Assembly: GCA_038064575.1 (NCBI GenBank)
Contig: JBBTST010000001.1
Location: 99,650-163,649, forward strand
Length of the DNA stretch: 64,000 bases
DNA from: Patescibacteria group bacterium
GTDB taxonomy: Bacteria > Patescibacteriota > WWE3 > UBA101185 > 2-01-FULL-41-18
Reading direction: 5' to 3'
Both the position numbers and the translations under genes were made by a program. Below, piece after piece: positions 27,577 to 38,489 of this stretch (positions are counted from its first letter, which is position 1; the number at the start of each line of letters is the position of its first letter). Under the pieces are notes generated by a model, which had not been told where the DNA came from, searched no databases, and was given only the letters and a program-made list of their open reading frames with translations.

Positions 27577-28653
27577 TCATTTATAAGTTACCCAAGCTTC
27601 ATTTCTGTCAGGTACAACACTAACCCAAATAACACCTCTGTTAAATTCTACCTCCTTCCCATCAAGGTCATAAAATTTGGTGCGTGAGACCCGGTCTTTT
27701 TTTGTCCAAGTCGCTTCCACAACACGACCGTCCAAAAAGACAAAAGCCTTTCCGCTTCCAATATTTGCATAGAGCAGGTGGTTTTTTTGATCGTTAACTG
27801 GCGTTTCCTTTGCAAATTGCACTATAACATTCTTTGCACCAAGTTGCACATCATTTTCTAAATCTTTATGGGTTACCCCACCAGTTGACTTTAAATATGC
27901 ATTCTTTATAGGATCATAGTCAAAATGAGAATCATAATCACCTGAAGTCCAAAAAATTATGTCAACTACCGATGCCTTTGATCTTAACTCATAGCTTTTT
28001 TTGTTATCATCTTTAAATTTCCATTTTTCAAACGAAGATACGCCCTCCCAACCTAACTTATCTCCATGCTCTCTTGCAACCCTTGCAGATACATATTCAT
28101 TATTAGGAGCTTCCCTTTGTAAATCCCTGTATCCGTATAGACCCCCCCTAAACAGGCTCCTTATAGGAATCTGATCAATTAAATCTATAGCGCTGGCTTC
28201 CAAAACCGGGGATTGAGACCACCCGTCATGCATAACCATAGCGTCTCCAAGCTCATAAATCCAGTTCAAAAAGTATCCTCTTATACTTCTGACGGGCCCT
28301 ATTTTTTCCGGGTCGTTTGCTAGGAATACGCTCATAAACCTTGTTATACCTCCCTCAGCTACTATTTCATAAATCATATCCGCCTGGGAAATGTTTGAAG
28401 GTGGTCTTGCATCAGCATTATTCCCAATCATTACAACAAGCGGTCGCCTCTTCAAAAGTCTTTCTTCAGCAGATTTTGGGTATAGGACTCCATTTAAAGG
28501 ATTTTCAATCAAATTCTCTTCCTTCTTTAGCTTACTAACAACTTTATCAAGAGGTGATTTAAAAGCTTGTCTTTTTTGTAAGGTGTAATAATAGAGGGAA
28601 GAAAGACCCACAACAAAAAGGAATAAAACAATAATCAAAATGTTTTTAAGCAT
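27577..28653 (-). CDS. DUF3048 (YerB-like) exported protein
   Basis: 'RPLVVMI.N..DARP', 'ADMIYE..AEGGITR', 'GPVRS.R', 'APNN.Y'. Confidence 0.85.
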   Translation of the reverse strand: MLKNILIIVLFLFVVGLSSLYYYTLQKRQAFKSPLDKVVSKLKKEENLIENPLNGVLYPKSAEERLLKRRPLVVMIGNNADARPPSNISQADMIYEIVAEGGITRFMSVFLANDPEKIGPVRSIRGYFLNWIYELGDAMVMHDGWSQSPVLEASAIDLIDQIPIRSLFRGGLYGYRDLQREAPNNEYVSARVAREHGDKLGWEGVSSFEKWKFKDDNKKSYELRSKASVVDIIFWTSGDYDSHFDYDPIKNAYLKSTGGVTHKDLENDVQLGAKNVIVQFAKETPVNDQKNHLLYANIGSGKAFVFLDGRVVEATWTKKDRVSRTKFYDLDGKEVEFNRGVIWVSVVPDRNEAWVTYK

Positions 28654-28741
28654 AGTTTAAACACCTATCTATTGAACACATTTATTATACTAATAATTAA
28701 CACAGCTTTCTATATTAAAAAAAGTGTGCTATCTTTACGCC

Positions 28742-29038
28742 ATGAAAAATAGGGAGAATGGTAAGCTAAGACGTCAGGTGGAAATATTAAAAGCCCAATT
28801 AAATTCAAAAGCAGACACTATCAAACAACAAACAATTGAAAAAGCATCGCAGCCTGATTTAAGAACTGCCGTTAAGATTCTCAAAAAAGGGGAGGACAAT
28901 AATAAATCTTATGCATTAAATATTAATGAGATTAAAAAAGACCTATTGAAAACTCTTTTCTTTTTAATAGCTTCCGTCCTTATGATCTCAACCTTGGCAG
29001 TTAGTCAAAATAAGTGGATAACTTTAATAAAATTCTAA
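28742..29038 (+). CDS. Hypothetical protein with C-terminal TM
   Basis: ORF with C-terminal 'IKKDLLKT' followed by a hydrophobic helix. Confidence 0.6.
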   Translation: MKNRENGKLRRQVEILKAQLNSKADTIKQQTIEKASQPDLRTAVKILKKGEDNNKSYALNINEIKKDLLKTLFFLIASVLMISTLAVSQNKWITLIKF

Positions 29039-29042
29039 CACC

Positions 29043-29996
29043 TCAAACTGAAGGGACAGCACAATTACAGGCATCAATTGCAAGAAAAACCGCCCCCATG
29101 GCAGGTTCACTGGTAGGGTAAATTATCTTTGCTTGAACAAAATTTTGTCTAACAAACATCTCAAAATCAATTCGCATTGGACCGGTAGGATTTTTAAATC
29201 CCCCCCCTACACAAACTAAATCAAATGAGTCATCTATCATTCCAAGCTTTTTAATAGCAGTAGATATCATTAATATAGCTTCAGAAGCTGCCTCTTTTAA
29301 AATTCTGATTGCTTCTTTGTCATTTTCTTTTGCGGCCTTTTCACAGATCATTGCAAGACTTGCTATTTCCCTTTTCCCAAAAGTTCTCTCATGGACTTTC
29401 AAAATCACGTCTCTCATATTCATAACCCCAAAACTTTCATATACATACTGCTCAAGCAAGCTTTTTTCTATCCTGCCATCATAACTTTTAGCCGCAGAAT
29501 GCAATACCTGAGATCCCACAAAATAGCTACCACCTTCATCAGTTAAAATGTGCCCCAAGCCTCCAACAAAAACGCTTTGGCCTTGTTTGTTTTTGCCATA
29601 GCAGTTAGAACCGGTGCCTGCAACAATAACTACTCCAAATGGCTCATAAGTACCCCTCCTTAAGGCACACACTGCATCATTTAATAAAAGGGGGTTAGCA
29701 TCAAGTTTTACGCTTTTAAGTTCCTTTACACAGGAGGCCAACAATTCAAAATCATGCGGATTATCAAGACCGGCAATCCCAAAACAGGACTTTTCTATCC
29801 CAATTTTTCCAGTCTCCAAGGAAGCATCTTTAAGTGCTAGGGAAATGCCCTCTTCTAAAGTCTCATACAACAGCTCTTTTGTTATTGATCTTATGTAAGT
29901 GGAGCCGACTCTGCTGACACCAAGTATATTTGCATTCTTATCAGCAAGAATTACTTGGGTTTTTGTACCTCCGCCGTCTACACCTAAAAAATACAT
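29043..29996 (-). CDS. BadF/BadG-type N-acetylglucosamine/MurNAc kinase
   Basis: 'GVDGGGTKT', 'LNDA', 'AGTGS', 'GGLGHILTDEGG'. Confidence 0.85.
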   Translation of the reverse strand: MYFLGVDGGGTKTQVILADKNANILGVSRVGSTYIRSITKELLYETLEEGISLALKDASLETGKIGIEKSCFGIAGLDNPHDFELLASCVKELKSVKLDANPLLLNDAVCALRRGTYEPFGVVIVAGTGSNCYGKNKQGQSVFVGGLGHILTDEGGSYFVGSQVLHSAAKSYDGRIEKSLLEQYVYESFGVMNMRDVILKVHERTFGKREIASLAMICEKAAKENDKEAIRILKEAASEAILMISTAIKKLGMIDDSFDLVCVGGGFKNPTGPMRIDFEMFVRQNFVQAKIIYPTSEPAMGAVFLAIDACNCAVPSV

Positions 29997-30029
29997 ACAC
30001 CAAAATTATGGACCCCAAGAACTGTAAAC

Positions 30030-31567
30030 TCAAGAACGGAGTCTAAATTGTAGAGCCTCAGCAACAGAATTTGCTTCAACTTTTCTTGCCCCTTCCAAAT
30101 CCGCAATGGTTCTGGCAACACGTGAGATTCGGCTGTATGTTCTTAAGGAAAATTTCAAGCTGTCAAATGATTTTTGGAGCAAGGCGGAAGCTTCTTGCTC
30201 AAAGTCGAATAAACTGGAAATATATTTAAAGGACACCTGAGCATTACTGAAAATCAAACTTTCTCCCTTATCTAAAAGATTTTTATTTAGCTTTTGGTAT
30301 CTTAGCTTCTGAATAGTTCTTGCATTAATAACTTTATTTCTTACTTCATGAGAAGTTTCACTTTTAGGATCTGGACAGTTATTAAAGCTGGAAGCAACCT
30401 CAGTAATAAGATCAATTCTATCAACAATAGGGCCGCTTAGTTTCCTTTTATATCTGAGTATTTCATAGGCTGAACAAATACATTTCTGATGCTTATTACC
30501 CAAATATCCGCATGGGCAGGGATTAGTCCCGGCAATTAAGATGAAATTACAGGGGAACACTCTTCTATCCTTGATTCTTGAAACTGACAATATTTTCTCC
30601 TCTAAGGGCTGTCTTAAACTCTCAATGTGAGTTCTTGGAAGTTCGCAAAACTCATCTATAAACAAAACACCGTTATGAGCAAGTGTTAATTCTCCCGGAA
30701 TTGGAAGTGATCCGCCTCCAAGTAATGAGGACAGGGAAATATTGCTTGTAACCTCCCTAAAAGGTCTTTTGCACCAGTCAATTCTTCCATCCTCCCACAA
30801 GCGGAGTAAATTTTAGCTGATTCCAAAAATTCATAGTGAGAAAGTGGTGGGAGTATGGAAACCATCGATTTGGAAAGTAGCGTTTTACCACTTCCCGGCG
30901 AACCAACTAACAGTAAATTGTGTCCTCCCGCAGCAGCAATCTGCAAAGCTCTCTTTGCTTTACTATTGCCCTGAATATCCTCAAACAGTATCTCAAAGTT
31001 ATTCTCCAAAGAAGTTTTTTGTGGTGCCGTCTTTACAATTGAGCTTACCAAAATCCCTTTTAAAAACTTTACAGCTTCCAGCAACGTTTCCGCTCCAAAA
31101 ACAGGCATCTTGGAAAAAGCTGCCTCCTCTATATTTTGACTTGGTATCAATAGGCACTTGCAAGAAGTGTTATTTACAGAAAGGCTTATGGGCAGCACCC
31201 CTTTAACAGCTTTTAGCTCACCATTTAATGTGAGCTCACCAATAATTAGCAGTTTTGTTAAATCCACTTTTGGAATTACCTGTTTTGATGCTACTAATAC
31301 TCCTAAGCAAATTGCAAGATCAAAAAAAGACCCCCGCTTGTGAAGCTCAGCCGGGAATAAGTTCACTGTAATTCTTCTCAGAGGAAAATCAAAGCCACAT
31401 GATTTTATACTGGCTCTTACTCTTTCTTTTGCTTCATCAACACTTTTATCTGCAAGTCCAATAATATTAAAATATGGAAGACCGTATGATTCAATTTTTA
31501 CTTCAACTCCCACACAAGTTGAAGTTAACCCCTGTAAAAAGGCGCTGTTAAGTCTAACATAGGACAT
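30030..31567 (-). pseudogene. comM: ComM/YifB Mg-chelatase-like AAA+ ATPase, frameshifted at about 30767-30770
   Basis: N-terminal half 'GL.DKSVDEAKERV...RITVNL.PAE..K.GS.FDL...AAAGGHNLLLVGSPGSGKT' and C-terminal half 'RPFR...PGELTLAHNGVLFIDE...NPCPCG' lie in different frames. Confidence 0.85.
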
Positions 31568-31632
31568 TACAACATATATTATAACATAAATTGGGCTAAA
31601 ATAGTTTTTAAATTTGATGGTAAAATACCTTG

Positions 31633-31960
31633 GCAGGATGTCCAAGCGATTACTCTTGTTTTCAGGAGGGGAAAGTCCAGACTGCATAGAGCAAGGGATT
31701 GGGGCGCAAGCTCCAACTGGCAACAGCTGGTGTTTGAGGCCTGAAAAGGCCTTGAAACAGATGACCAATCAACGCCATCTGAGATCCACAGAGACGATCT
31801 TTCCCTAAAGGCGTTAAAACCTATGGGAGAAGTATGAAACGCATGGAAATCCCACCCGCAGCAATCCACGACAGTGCCGTTTTAAGCTGGCTCGGCAAGG
31901 CACAAAGCTGGAGCATCAGACAGATACCGCATAAACAGAATCTGGCTTATGGCATCCTGC
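31633..31960 (+). ncRNA. rnpB: RNase P RNA
   Basis: P1 GCAGGATG/CATCCTGC; conserved GGGGAAAGTCCAG and AAACAGAATCTGGCTTAT (P4); TGAAAC and GCAAT elements. Confidence 0.92.
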
Positions 31961-31979
31961 ATTAAAGTTAGAAATGAAA

Positions 31980-32972
31980 TTATTCAAGACCCGTATCATC
32001 AACTTCAATGGAAATAATGCTATGTGTAATAACAATCAGAATTAAGATTGTGGGAACTGCAATCAGAGCCCCAATTATCCCAAAAAGCTGACCTCCAATT
32101 AGAAGAGCCATCATGGTTACAAGTGGATTAAATCCAATAACTTTTTGCATAATACGCGGAACCAGTATGGTATTTTCAAGCTGTTGAATCCCTACAAATA
32201 GCGCAACCACCATAGTTCCAGTCAATGGGTCTATTGAAAACCCCACTACCCCTGCTACTATTGTTGCAATTATAGGACCAAGAACAGGAACAACCTCTAA
32301 CAGCCCTGATATGATTGCAAGGGGAACAGCATACGGAATTTTTAGAAAAACTAACCCAACATAAGCAGCCAAACCAACTGCAACCATCAAAAATAGCTGT
32401 CCTTTTATCCACCTACTTAAATTAACCTCTATTTCATGCCAGGATTCATCTAACCTACTCTTATGTTTTTCCCCAAAAAGCTCTATGAAGCGCTTCTTAA
32501 CATTGGGTAGATCTATTGAAAGATAAAGGGTAAAAATAAAAAGTGTGACAGTTGTAATTGCATTTGAAAAAAAGTTTACCGTAAAACTTACTACACCCCC
32601 CTGAGAAAAAGTTAATTTAGAAAGCTCCGTGCTTAAAGACCTGCGCAATTCTTCATTTGGCACAACAGATTCCACAAGATAAGGAAGATTCATAAGCAGC
32701 TTTCTTGTTTGAGAAATTATGTCAGGAAGCGCAATTGTGGTAAAACCCCCAAGAGCTAGCATGGCTCCTCCAAACACAAGAATAACAGCAACCCACCTGG
32801 GAATCTTTCTTTTTACCAGTGAACTTATTGTGGATTCTACAGATAGAGCCAAAATTAAGGCTATCACAAGCTGAAACACAACATCCCTTATTTGGTATAA
32901 AAGAAGTGAAGCCACCACAAACAGGAAAGTGATAAAAATTGTTTTTATTGAGATTACAATGTTTTTATCCAT
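31980..32972 (-). CDS. AI-2E family transporter
   Basis: 'RWIKGQ', 'EVVPVLGP', 'QQLENTILVPRIM...GFNP', 'GALIAVP'. Confidence 0.9.
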   Translation of the reverse strand: MDKNIVISIKTIFITFLFVVASLLLYQIRDVVFQLVIALILALSVESTISSLVKRKIPRWVAVILVFGGAMLALGGFTTIALPDIISQTRKLLMNLPYLVESVVPNEELRRSLSTELSKLTFSQGGVVSFTVNFFSNAITTVTLFIFTLYLSIDLPNVKKRFIELFGEKHKSRLDESWHEIEVNLSRWIKGQLFLMVAVGLAAYVGLVFLKIPYAVPLAIISGLLEVVPVLGPIIATIVAGVVGFSIDPLTGTMVVALFVGIQQLENTILVPRIMQKVIGFNPLVTMMALLIGGQLFGIIGALIAVPTILILIVITHSIISIEVDDTGLE

Positions 32973-33906
32973 CTAGGTAAGATTGTACTAGTGTTGAAAT
33001 CTTATTGTCAAAGCCATTCTCACTAATATCAAGCCAATTGATACCTTTCATTTTTCCAAAATAGGTTTGCTGCCTCCTAATATAAGCATGCAAATCAAAT
33101 TTTGCTCTTTCTACAGCATGCTTTTTAGATAATTCCCCTTTAACAAAACTTATGGCACTTTTATAAATAAGCCCTCTTACTGGGAGAGACTGACCAAAAC
33201 CTAGCTGCTCTAACATTGTGACTTCTTCCATCAATGAAGTATCAAAGATGGAATCCACCCAAGCATCCGCTCTTTGATAAAGCAGCGCTCTATGACCTGT
33301 TAATCCCAATAACAATGGGTCTTGGGCAATCAAATAAGTTAAAAGGCTGAATTGCTCCCTTACTTCCTTTGGACTTGTATTTCTACCAATGGAAATCTCA
33401 ATAGCTCTGATTAACCTAACTTTATTTTTTGAGTCTATTGAACCTGCCCTTATTGGATCTATTTCTTTAAGCTTTGCATTAAGTTCTTCACGGTTTTGCT
33501 TTTCCAAATCCAATCTTAACTTAGTGTTTTTTTCAACGCCTGAAAGCCTCACATTTCCAAGTAGGCAGTCAAAGTAAAACCCTGTACCTCCAACAAAAAA
33601 GACTGGCTTGTTGAATTTAACTAAATTCAAAGAAGAGACATATTTAAGAAAGTCAAAAGAGGAAAAAGTTGTATCAGGAGTGATAATGTCAAAACCATAA
33701 ATTTTTAAGTTGTTTACTTTCCACCAACCATTTCCCTTCTGAATTCTCACATTATTGTCCCTTATTTTTCCCGTACCCACATCCATGTGTTTATACACCT
33801 GTCTTGAATCAACTGAAACAATAAGCCCCTCAAACTCTTTGCAAAGTCTCAGAGCTAGGGAAGTTTTCCCGGTTCCTGTTGGTCCCAGGAGAAGGATGGC
33901 TTTCAT
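32965..33906 (-). CDS. miaA: tRNA dimethylallyltransferase
   Basis: 'GPTGTGKT', 'DSRQVYKHMDVGTGK', 'VGGTGFY', 'RRQ.TYF'. Confidence 0.93.
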   Translation of the reverse strand: MKAILLLGPTGTGKTSLALRLCKEFEGLIVSVDSRQVYKHMDVGTGKIRDNNVRIQKGNGWWKVNNLKIYGFDIITPDTTFSSFDFLKYVSSLNLVKFNKPVFFVGGTGFYFDCLLGNVRLSGVEKNTKLRLDLEKQNREELNAKLKEIDPIRAGSIDSKNKVRLIRAIEISIGRNTSPKEVREQFSLLTYLIAQDPLLLGLTGHRALLYQRADAWVDSIFDTSLMEEVTMLEQLGFGQSLPVRGLIYKSAISFVKGELSKKHAVERAKFDLHAYIRRQQTYFGKMKGINWLDISENGFDNKISTLVQSYLDG

Positions 33907-35121
33907 CTAACTTTTAACCTTAACTTTTTTTGAGTTTTCAACAATTTTAGTCAAAAGTGCATGTCTTCTTTTCTTTTCCGTTAAGGAAACATCATCTTTA
34001 AAAAACTTTTCTGCTGGAGTTCCCTTTCTTGGAGAGTAGATAGATATATAAGTCACACTAAAATTAACCTCCTCACACAACCTTATTGTTTCTAAAAAGT
34101 ATTCTTCAGTCTCTCCCGGAAATCCTACAATTAGGTCCGTACCTATTTCAATTTCAGGAACTGCCTCTCTTATGTTCCCAACAAGGTTTTTAAACTCTTC
34201 TACCGTATGTCTTCTATTCATTTTCTTTAGTATTTCATTGCTCCCAGATTGCACGGCCATATGTAAATACCTTGAAATTTTTGGAAGTTTAAGAGTTTCT
34301 ATTAAATCGATTGTGAAATCAAAAGGGTTAGATGAAATGAAACTAATCTTTTTAACAGCTTCCAAAGCATGTATTTTCCTTAATAAAGATGCAAAAGGCA
34401 ATTTGAAGTGGCTTCTTGTTCTGATTGCAAATTTTGTTTGGGTTGGCAGACCCCAGGAGTTTACATTTTGACCGCAAAGGGTGATTTCTTCAAAACCTGC
34501 TTTGATTAAATGTTCTACCTCCGTCATTATTTCATCTTGTGATCTTGACACCTCCCTACCTCTTGCATAAGGCACTACACAAAATGTACAAAAATTATCA
34601 CAACCAACTGAAATGTTAACAAAAGCGTGCTTCTTGTTGGGTAAGGCAAACTCTCCGGGCGCAAAAGTTTCTCCTCTTTTGGCTTGCAGATTGGAAAAAT
34701 TCAAAGCTTTATCAGCCCAATCATCAATAAGCTCTAATTCAGTGAGCAACATGGGAAGTTCTTTTATTTGAGAAGGATTTATATACTTATCCACCCAAGG
34801 AGTTCTGTTTTTTAGCTCACTTAAAGCATACCTTTGACGTTCCCCCGTAACGGAACCAACCATACATCCAGCCATTAGTATTTTGAGGTTTGGGTTATTC
34901 TTTTTATAGTCTTTGACTTTCTTCCCAAGCCCATACACTTTGTCTTCAGATTTTTGTCTGACAGAACAGGTGTTAACAATCCAAAGATCTGCTTCAGCTT
35001 CTTTTTTTGTTTCGTAAAAATCAAAGGCTTCCAGAATTCCAGCCATTGCCTCGCTATCCGCAGTGTTTGCCTGGCATCCAAAAGTTGTGATGTGATACTT
35101 TTTAGGTTCCAATGAAGGCAT
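33907..35121 (-). CDS. miaB: tRNA methylthiotransferase (radical SAM), lacking TRAM domain
   Basis: 'TFGCQAN', 'NTCSVR', 'GCDNFCTFCVVP', 'VGFPGETEE'; adjacent to miaA. Confidence 0.9.
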   Translation of the reverse strand: MPSLEPKKYHITTFGCQANTADSEAMAGILEAFDFYETKKEAEADLWIVNTCSVRQKSEDKVYGLGKKVKDYKKNNPNLKILMAGCMVGSVTGERQRYALSELKNRTPWVDKYINPSQIKELPMLLTELELIDDWADKALNFSNLQAKRGETFAPGEFALPNKKHAFVNISVGCDNFCTFCVVPYARGREVSRSQDEIMTEVEHLIKAGFEEITLCGQNVNSWGLPTQTKFAIRTRSHFKLPFASLLRKIHALEAVKKISFISSNPFDFTIDLIETLKLPKISRYLHMAVQSGSNEILKKMNRRHTVEEFKNLVGNIREAVPEIEIGTDLIVGFPGETEEYFLETIRLCEEVNFSVTYISIYSPRKGTPAEKFFKDDVSLTEKKRRHALLTKIVENSKKVKVKS

Positions 35122-35240
35122 AATGGGCGAATTATAACAAAAAAAAACCCTTTCGGAGATCTAAATCACCAAACCAAAAACCTCTGACAGCCGTCCCTAA
35201 AACTGTTGCAAATGATAAATAAAGCCTGGAGAATCAAAAA

Positions 35241-36488
35241 GTGAACAAAGCTACTGCTATAAAGCTAGTCTTATATCAAATTCTATTTATTCCAACAATC
35301 TTTATCTCTTTTATGAGAAAATCTTACTTTTTAACCCACTTTGAAAATCTTGATACCAAGAATTTAAATGTTCTAATAATATCTTTTTATCTTCTTTCAA
35401 TATTCTATTTATATATGGCGGTCAAAACCGCCGTTTCAACCACACCAAGATATTTGCTTATGAAGTTTCTCCTACCCCTCCTGATAGTTCTTTCAATAAC
35501 ACCGCCCTTATTTAGCATAGACTTTGCCTCTTATCTGATTTCTGCAAAAAACATGGTACTTTACGGTCCCCAATCCTTTTTTCAACCGCTCAATTATCAA
35601 GATAGTAATCCTTGGGTTAATAAAATCACTGCTTGGTGGGTAGCTTTCCCACCAGCTTATGGCCCGCTTTTTGTAATACTAATGAGCCCACTCACGATCA
35701 TATCAGATAATATGTTAGTTTCTCTTTTTTTATAAAAGTTTTTCACATTATTAGTGTTTATTTTTTGTGTTATTTTATTTGGAAAAATTTTAGATTCTCT
35801 TGGGAGACAGAGGCTCTTTTTCTTGTTTGCATTTAATCCAACTGTTTTGATCCACCTTGTTCTTGAAGCCCACAATGAAGTTATAATTTTATTCCTACTA
35901 CTTGGATCTGTTTACATGCTTCTCAGAAGAAGATCTTTGATTGGGGGTCTTCTTACAATATCTATGATTTTAATAAAATATTATCCAATAATAATTCTCC
36001 CCATTTTCATTCTAAAAAGAAAGAAACAAGGAAATAAGTTACTGTGGACCAAGCAATTCTTTCTCTCCTCGCTCCTAATCACATTGTTGATTATATTTTC
36101 CTTTTTTGTGATTAAACACCCCAATTTAAAACCTTTCCTTGATCAAAACTTAAATCTCAGAAGGGACATAGGTTGTTTTCACAGATGCTCTCCAATAGTA
36201 TCTCTTACTAGATATGTCTTTGCAGAAAATGAAGGTCTTGTTAGGACTACTGTTTTTGTAGCTTTTTATCTACTGCTTATTTATTATTTATTGATTAAGA
36301 ACTTTATGCTGTTGGAATTTTTGTTTTTCGCCCTCTCTGCTACATTTTTTATTTTTATTTCATGGCTTACCCCCTGGTATCTTGTTCTACCAATATCTAT
36401 TGGGGTACTTTTATCAAACAGGAGAAGTTATTTATTTTTGGTGATTGTGCTTACTTTTTACTCATTGTTTCATTACTTTGGGTATTAG
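35241..36488 (+). pseudogene. GT-C membrane glycosyltransferase (GT87/MptA-like) interrupted by in-frame TAA at 35733-35735
   Basis: Two same-frame ORFs; 'PPLFSIDFASY', 'PAYGPLF', 'FNP.VLIHLV.EAHNE', 'IKYYP', 'PWY'. Confidence 0.75.
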
Positions 36489-36534
36489 AGCTACACTCAA
36501 AGACAATAATCTGTTATTTTGTAAAGTACAAAGT

Positions 36535-37098
36535 ATGAATCTTGCAAGTGTCAGAAATTACCAAGAGCTAAAATCTGTCTTAAAGGAGGGTATCAAAGGC
36601 CCGGATCCCTGCTACTGGGTTTTTAATCAGATAGGTCATGAAAAATGGGAAAATCTCACTGTTGTAGCCCCTGGAGTCCATGGCACCGAATTTAACAAAA
36701 CTTTTGGCCATTATCATCCTCTTGCGGTAAATGAAACCTACCGACTTGTTTCAGGCAGAGGTCTTTTACTCCTACAAAAGAAAATTGAAAACAATGAGAA
36801 AGTTATTGAAAATGAGATTTCCGAATTTCTTGTTATCAAAGCAGAAGAAGGGGATGAAATTGTAATAACCCCTGAATACGGTCACTCCTGGATTAACCTT
36901 GGGACAACGCCACTATTGTCCCTTGATAACTGGAAAAGCGGCCACTCTTTGTGGGATTATCAAATTATCCAAAAAATGGGGGGACTTGCGTATTATGTTC
37001 TAAAAGATGGAACAGCTTATAAACTTGAAAAAAATCCAAAGTACTTTTCTCCTCCTAGTCCTATTTTCTTAACATCCAAAGAATTAATGGCAAAATAA
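36535..37098 (+). CDS. Cupin-type (archaeal) glucose-6-phosphate isomerase
   Basis: 'EFNKTFGHYH', 'ETY..VSGRG.LLLQ', 'P.YGHSWIN.G', 'DY..I...GGLAYY'. Confidence 0.85.
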   Translation: MNLASVRNYQELKSVLKEGIKGPDPCYWVFNQIGHEKWENLTVVAPGVHGTEFNKTFGHYHPLAVNETYRLVSGRGLLLLQKKIENNEKVIENEISEFLVIKAEEGDEIVITPEYGHSWINLGTTPLLSLDNWKSGHSLWDYQIIQKMGGLAYYVLKDGTAYKLEKNPKYFSPPSPIFLTSKELMAK

Positions 37099-37143
37099 GC
37101 CGTTTTCTACAACTTGTCTTCGTTTTATTTTTTTAAGATACAA

Positions 37144-37167
37144 AAACCCGCCTTTTACAGCGGGTTT
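37144..37167. terminator. Hairpin terminator between convergent cupin PGI and hup genes
   Basis: AAACCCGC..GCGGGTTT flanked by A/T runs. Confidence 0.65.
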
Positions 37168-37191
37168 CTGTTTTTTTAACCAATACAAGAA

Positions 37192-37464
37192 TTACTTTAC
37201 AGCATCCTTGAGACCTTTTCCGGCCTTGAAAGCGGGTGTCTTGGTTGCTGGAATGTGAAGAGGTGCGCCGGTTTGGGGATTTCTACCCATTCTTGCTTCT
37301 CTATGGCGAACTTCAAAAGTTCCGAATCCAGTCCAAGTAACCTTTTCGCCTTTTGAAAGGCTCTTTGATACAACATCAACAAGGGCGTCAAGCGCTCTTT
37401 GTGAATCGGCTTTGGTCATACTTGTTTTATCAGCCACAGCCGTAATCAAATCTGACTTTGTCAT
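37192..37464 (-). CDS. hup: DNA-binding protein HU
   Basis: 'MTKSDLI...[19 protein letters not shown]...PAFKAGK.LKDAV'; SD GAAAGGGGG. Confidence 0.95.
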   Translation of the reverse strand: MTKSDLITAVADKTSMTKADSQRALDALVDVVSKSLSKGEKVTWTGFGTFEVRHREARMGRNPQTGAPLHIPATKTPAFKAGKGLKDAVK

Positions 37465-37500
37465 GATAGTATTCACCCCCTTTCAAAACCTGGCGGTAAA

Positions 37501-38274
37501 CTAATATAAATTTCTATCAACTCTTTCAACTGTCATCTTATCTAAATCAAGTAAAACACTCCTAAACGCTTTTCTTCCTGATTCTTCCCATTCAAATTTT
37601 TGATTCATACCACTCAAATATTGTCTAAGAATTATTTCTTTTTTAACCCCTAAAACCGAATCCACATTCCCACTCATACCAACATCGCTAACAAAAAAGG
37701 TTCCTTTTGGAAGCGTCAGGGCGTCACAAGTTGGTACATGGGTATGAGTACCTAAAACGGCTGTCACACGCCCATCCAAATAAAATCCCATTGCAGCTTT
37801 TTCACTTGTTGCTTCAGCATGAAAATCTACAATTACCGCTTCATATTTTTTAGCTGCAGTGAGTGTTAATATTTCATCTGCTTTTCTAAAGGGGTCATCC
37901 ACTCTTTCATTCAAAAAAGTCCTGCCCAAAAGGTTGATCAACAATACTTTTCCGCGCTTTCCAAGATCAATCTCAGCATAACCTTTGCCCGGAGTACCTT
38001 CAGGATAATTCGCAGGTCTTATGAGAGGTAAAGCATCAATATAATCTGAGGTATCCTTATTCCAAAACAAATGATCTCCGCCAGTAAAAAAATCCACCCC
38101 GGCAAGTTTCATGTCTGTTATTGTCCCCTCAGTTATACCACGCCCATGAGCTAAGTTTTCAGCGTTAGCAACAGTTAAATCAAGGTCATTCTGAGACTTA
38201 ATTTTTGGCAAGGCTTGCTCTACAGCCTTTCTTCCCGGGGAGCCAACAATATCTCCTATGAAAAGTATTTTCAT
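37501..38274 (-). CDS. ymdB: YmdB-family metallophosphoesterase
   Basis: 'GDIVGSPGR', 'ANAEN..HG.G', 'RPANYP', 'DFHAEATSEK', 'GTHTHV'. Confidence 0.92.
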   Translation of the reverse strand: MKILFIGDIVGSPGRKAVEQALPKIKSQNDLDLTVANAENLAHGRGITEGTITDMKLAGVDFFTGGDHLFWNKDTSDYIDALPLIRPANYPEGTPGKGYAEIDLGKRGKVLLINLLGRTFLNERVDDPFRKADEILTLTAAKKYEAVIVDFHAEATSEKAAMGFYLDGRVTAVLGTHTHVPTCDALTLPKGTFFVSDVGMSGNVDSVLGVKKEIILRQYLSGMNQKFEWEESGRKAFRSVLLDLDKMTVERVDRNLY

Positions 38275-38489
38275 AATCTTAAAAGACCCTTAAATAAATT
38301 GACTGTTCCCAATACCCCAAAAAAATAAACAAGCCCCGCAAAAAAAAGAAGAATACCAATAAGAAATGTATAAAGGATACTTGCCACAACTGATTTGATA
38401 AAAGACTTAACCACATAAAAAGCAACCAATGAAATTAAAATGAGGGCAATGATTCCTATGTTGAAAGTTTCAGCAGGAAGTAGTGTCAT
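38271..38489 (-). CDS. Small two-TM membrane protein
   Basis: Hydrophobic 72 aa ORF overlapping the ymdB start (ATGA). Confidence 0.6.
   Translation of the reverse strand: MTLLPAETFNIGIIALILISLVAFYVVKSFIKSVVASILYTFLIGILLFFAGLVYFFGVLGTVNLFKGLLRL

Noticed and set aside
31579-31869. ORFs over 31579-31869 and the N-terminal extension of the comM ORF to 31768
   Set aside because: The region is the RNase P RNA; ComM homology starts at 31567.
35733-35735. Stop-codon recoding or alternative genetic code
   Set aside because: The stop is TAA, and other genes terminate normally at TAA, TAG and TGA (for example TGA at 2549-2551), consistent with code 11.
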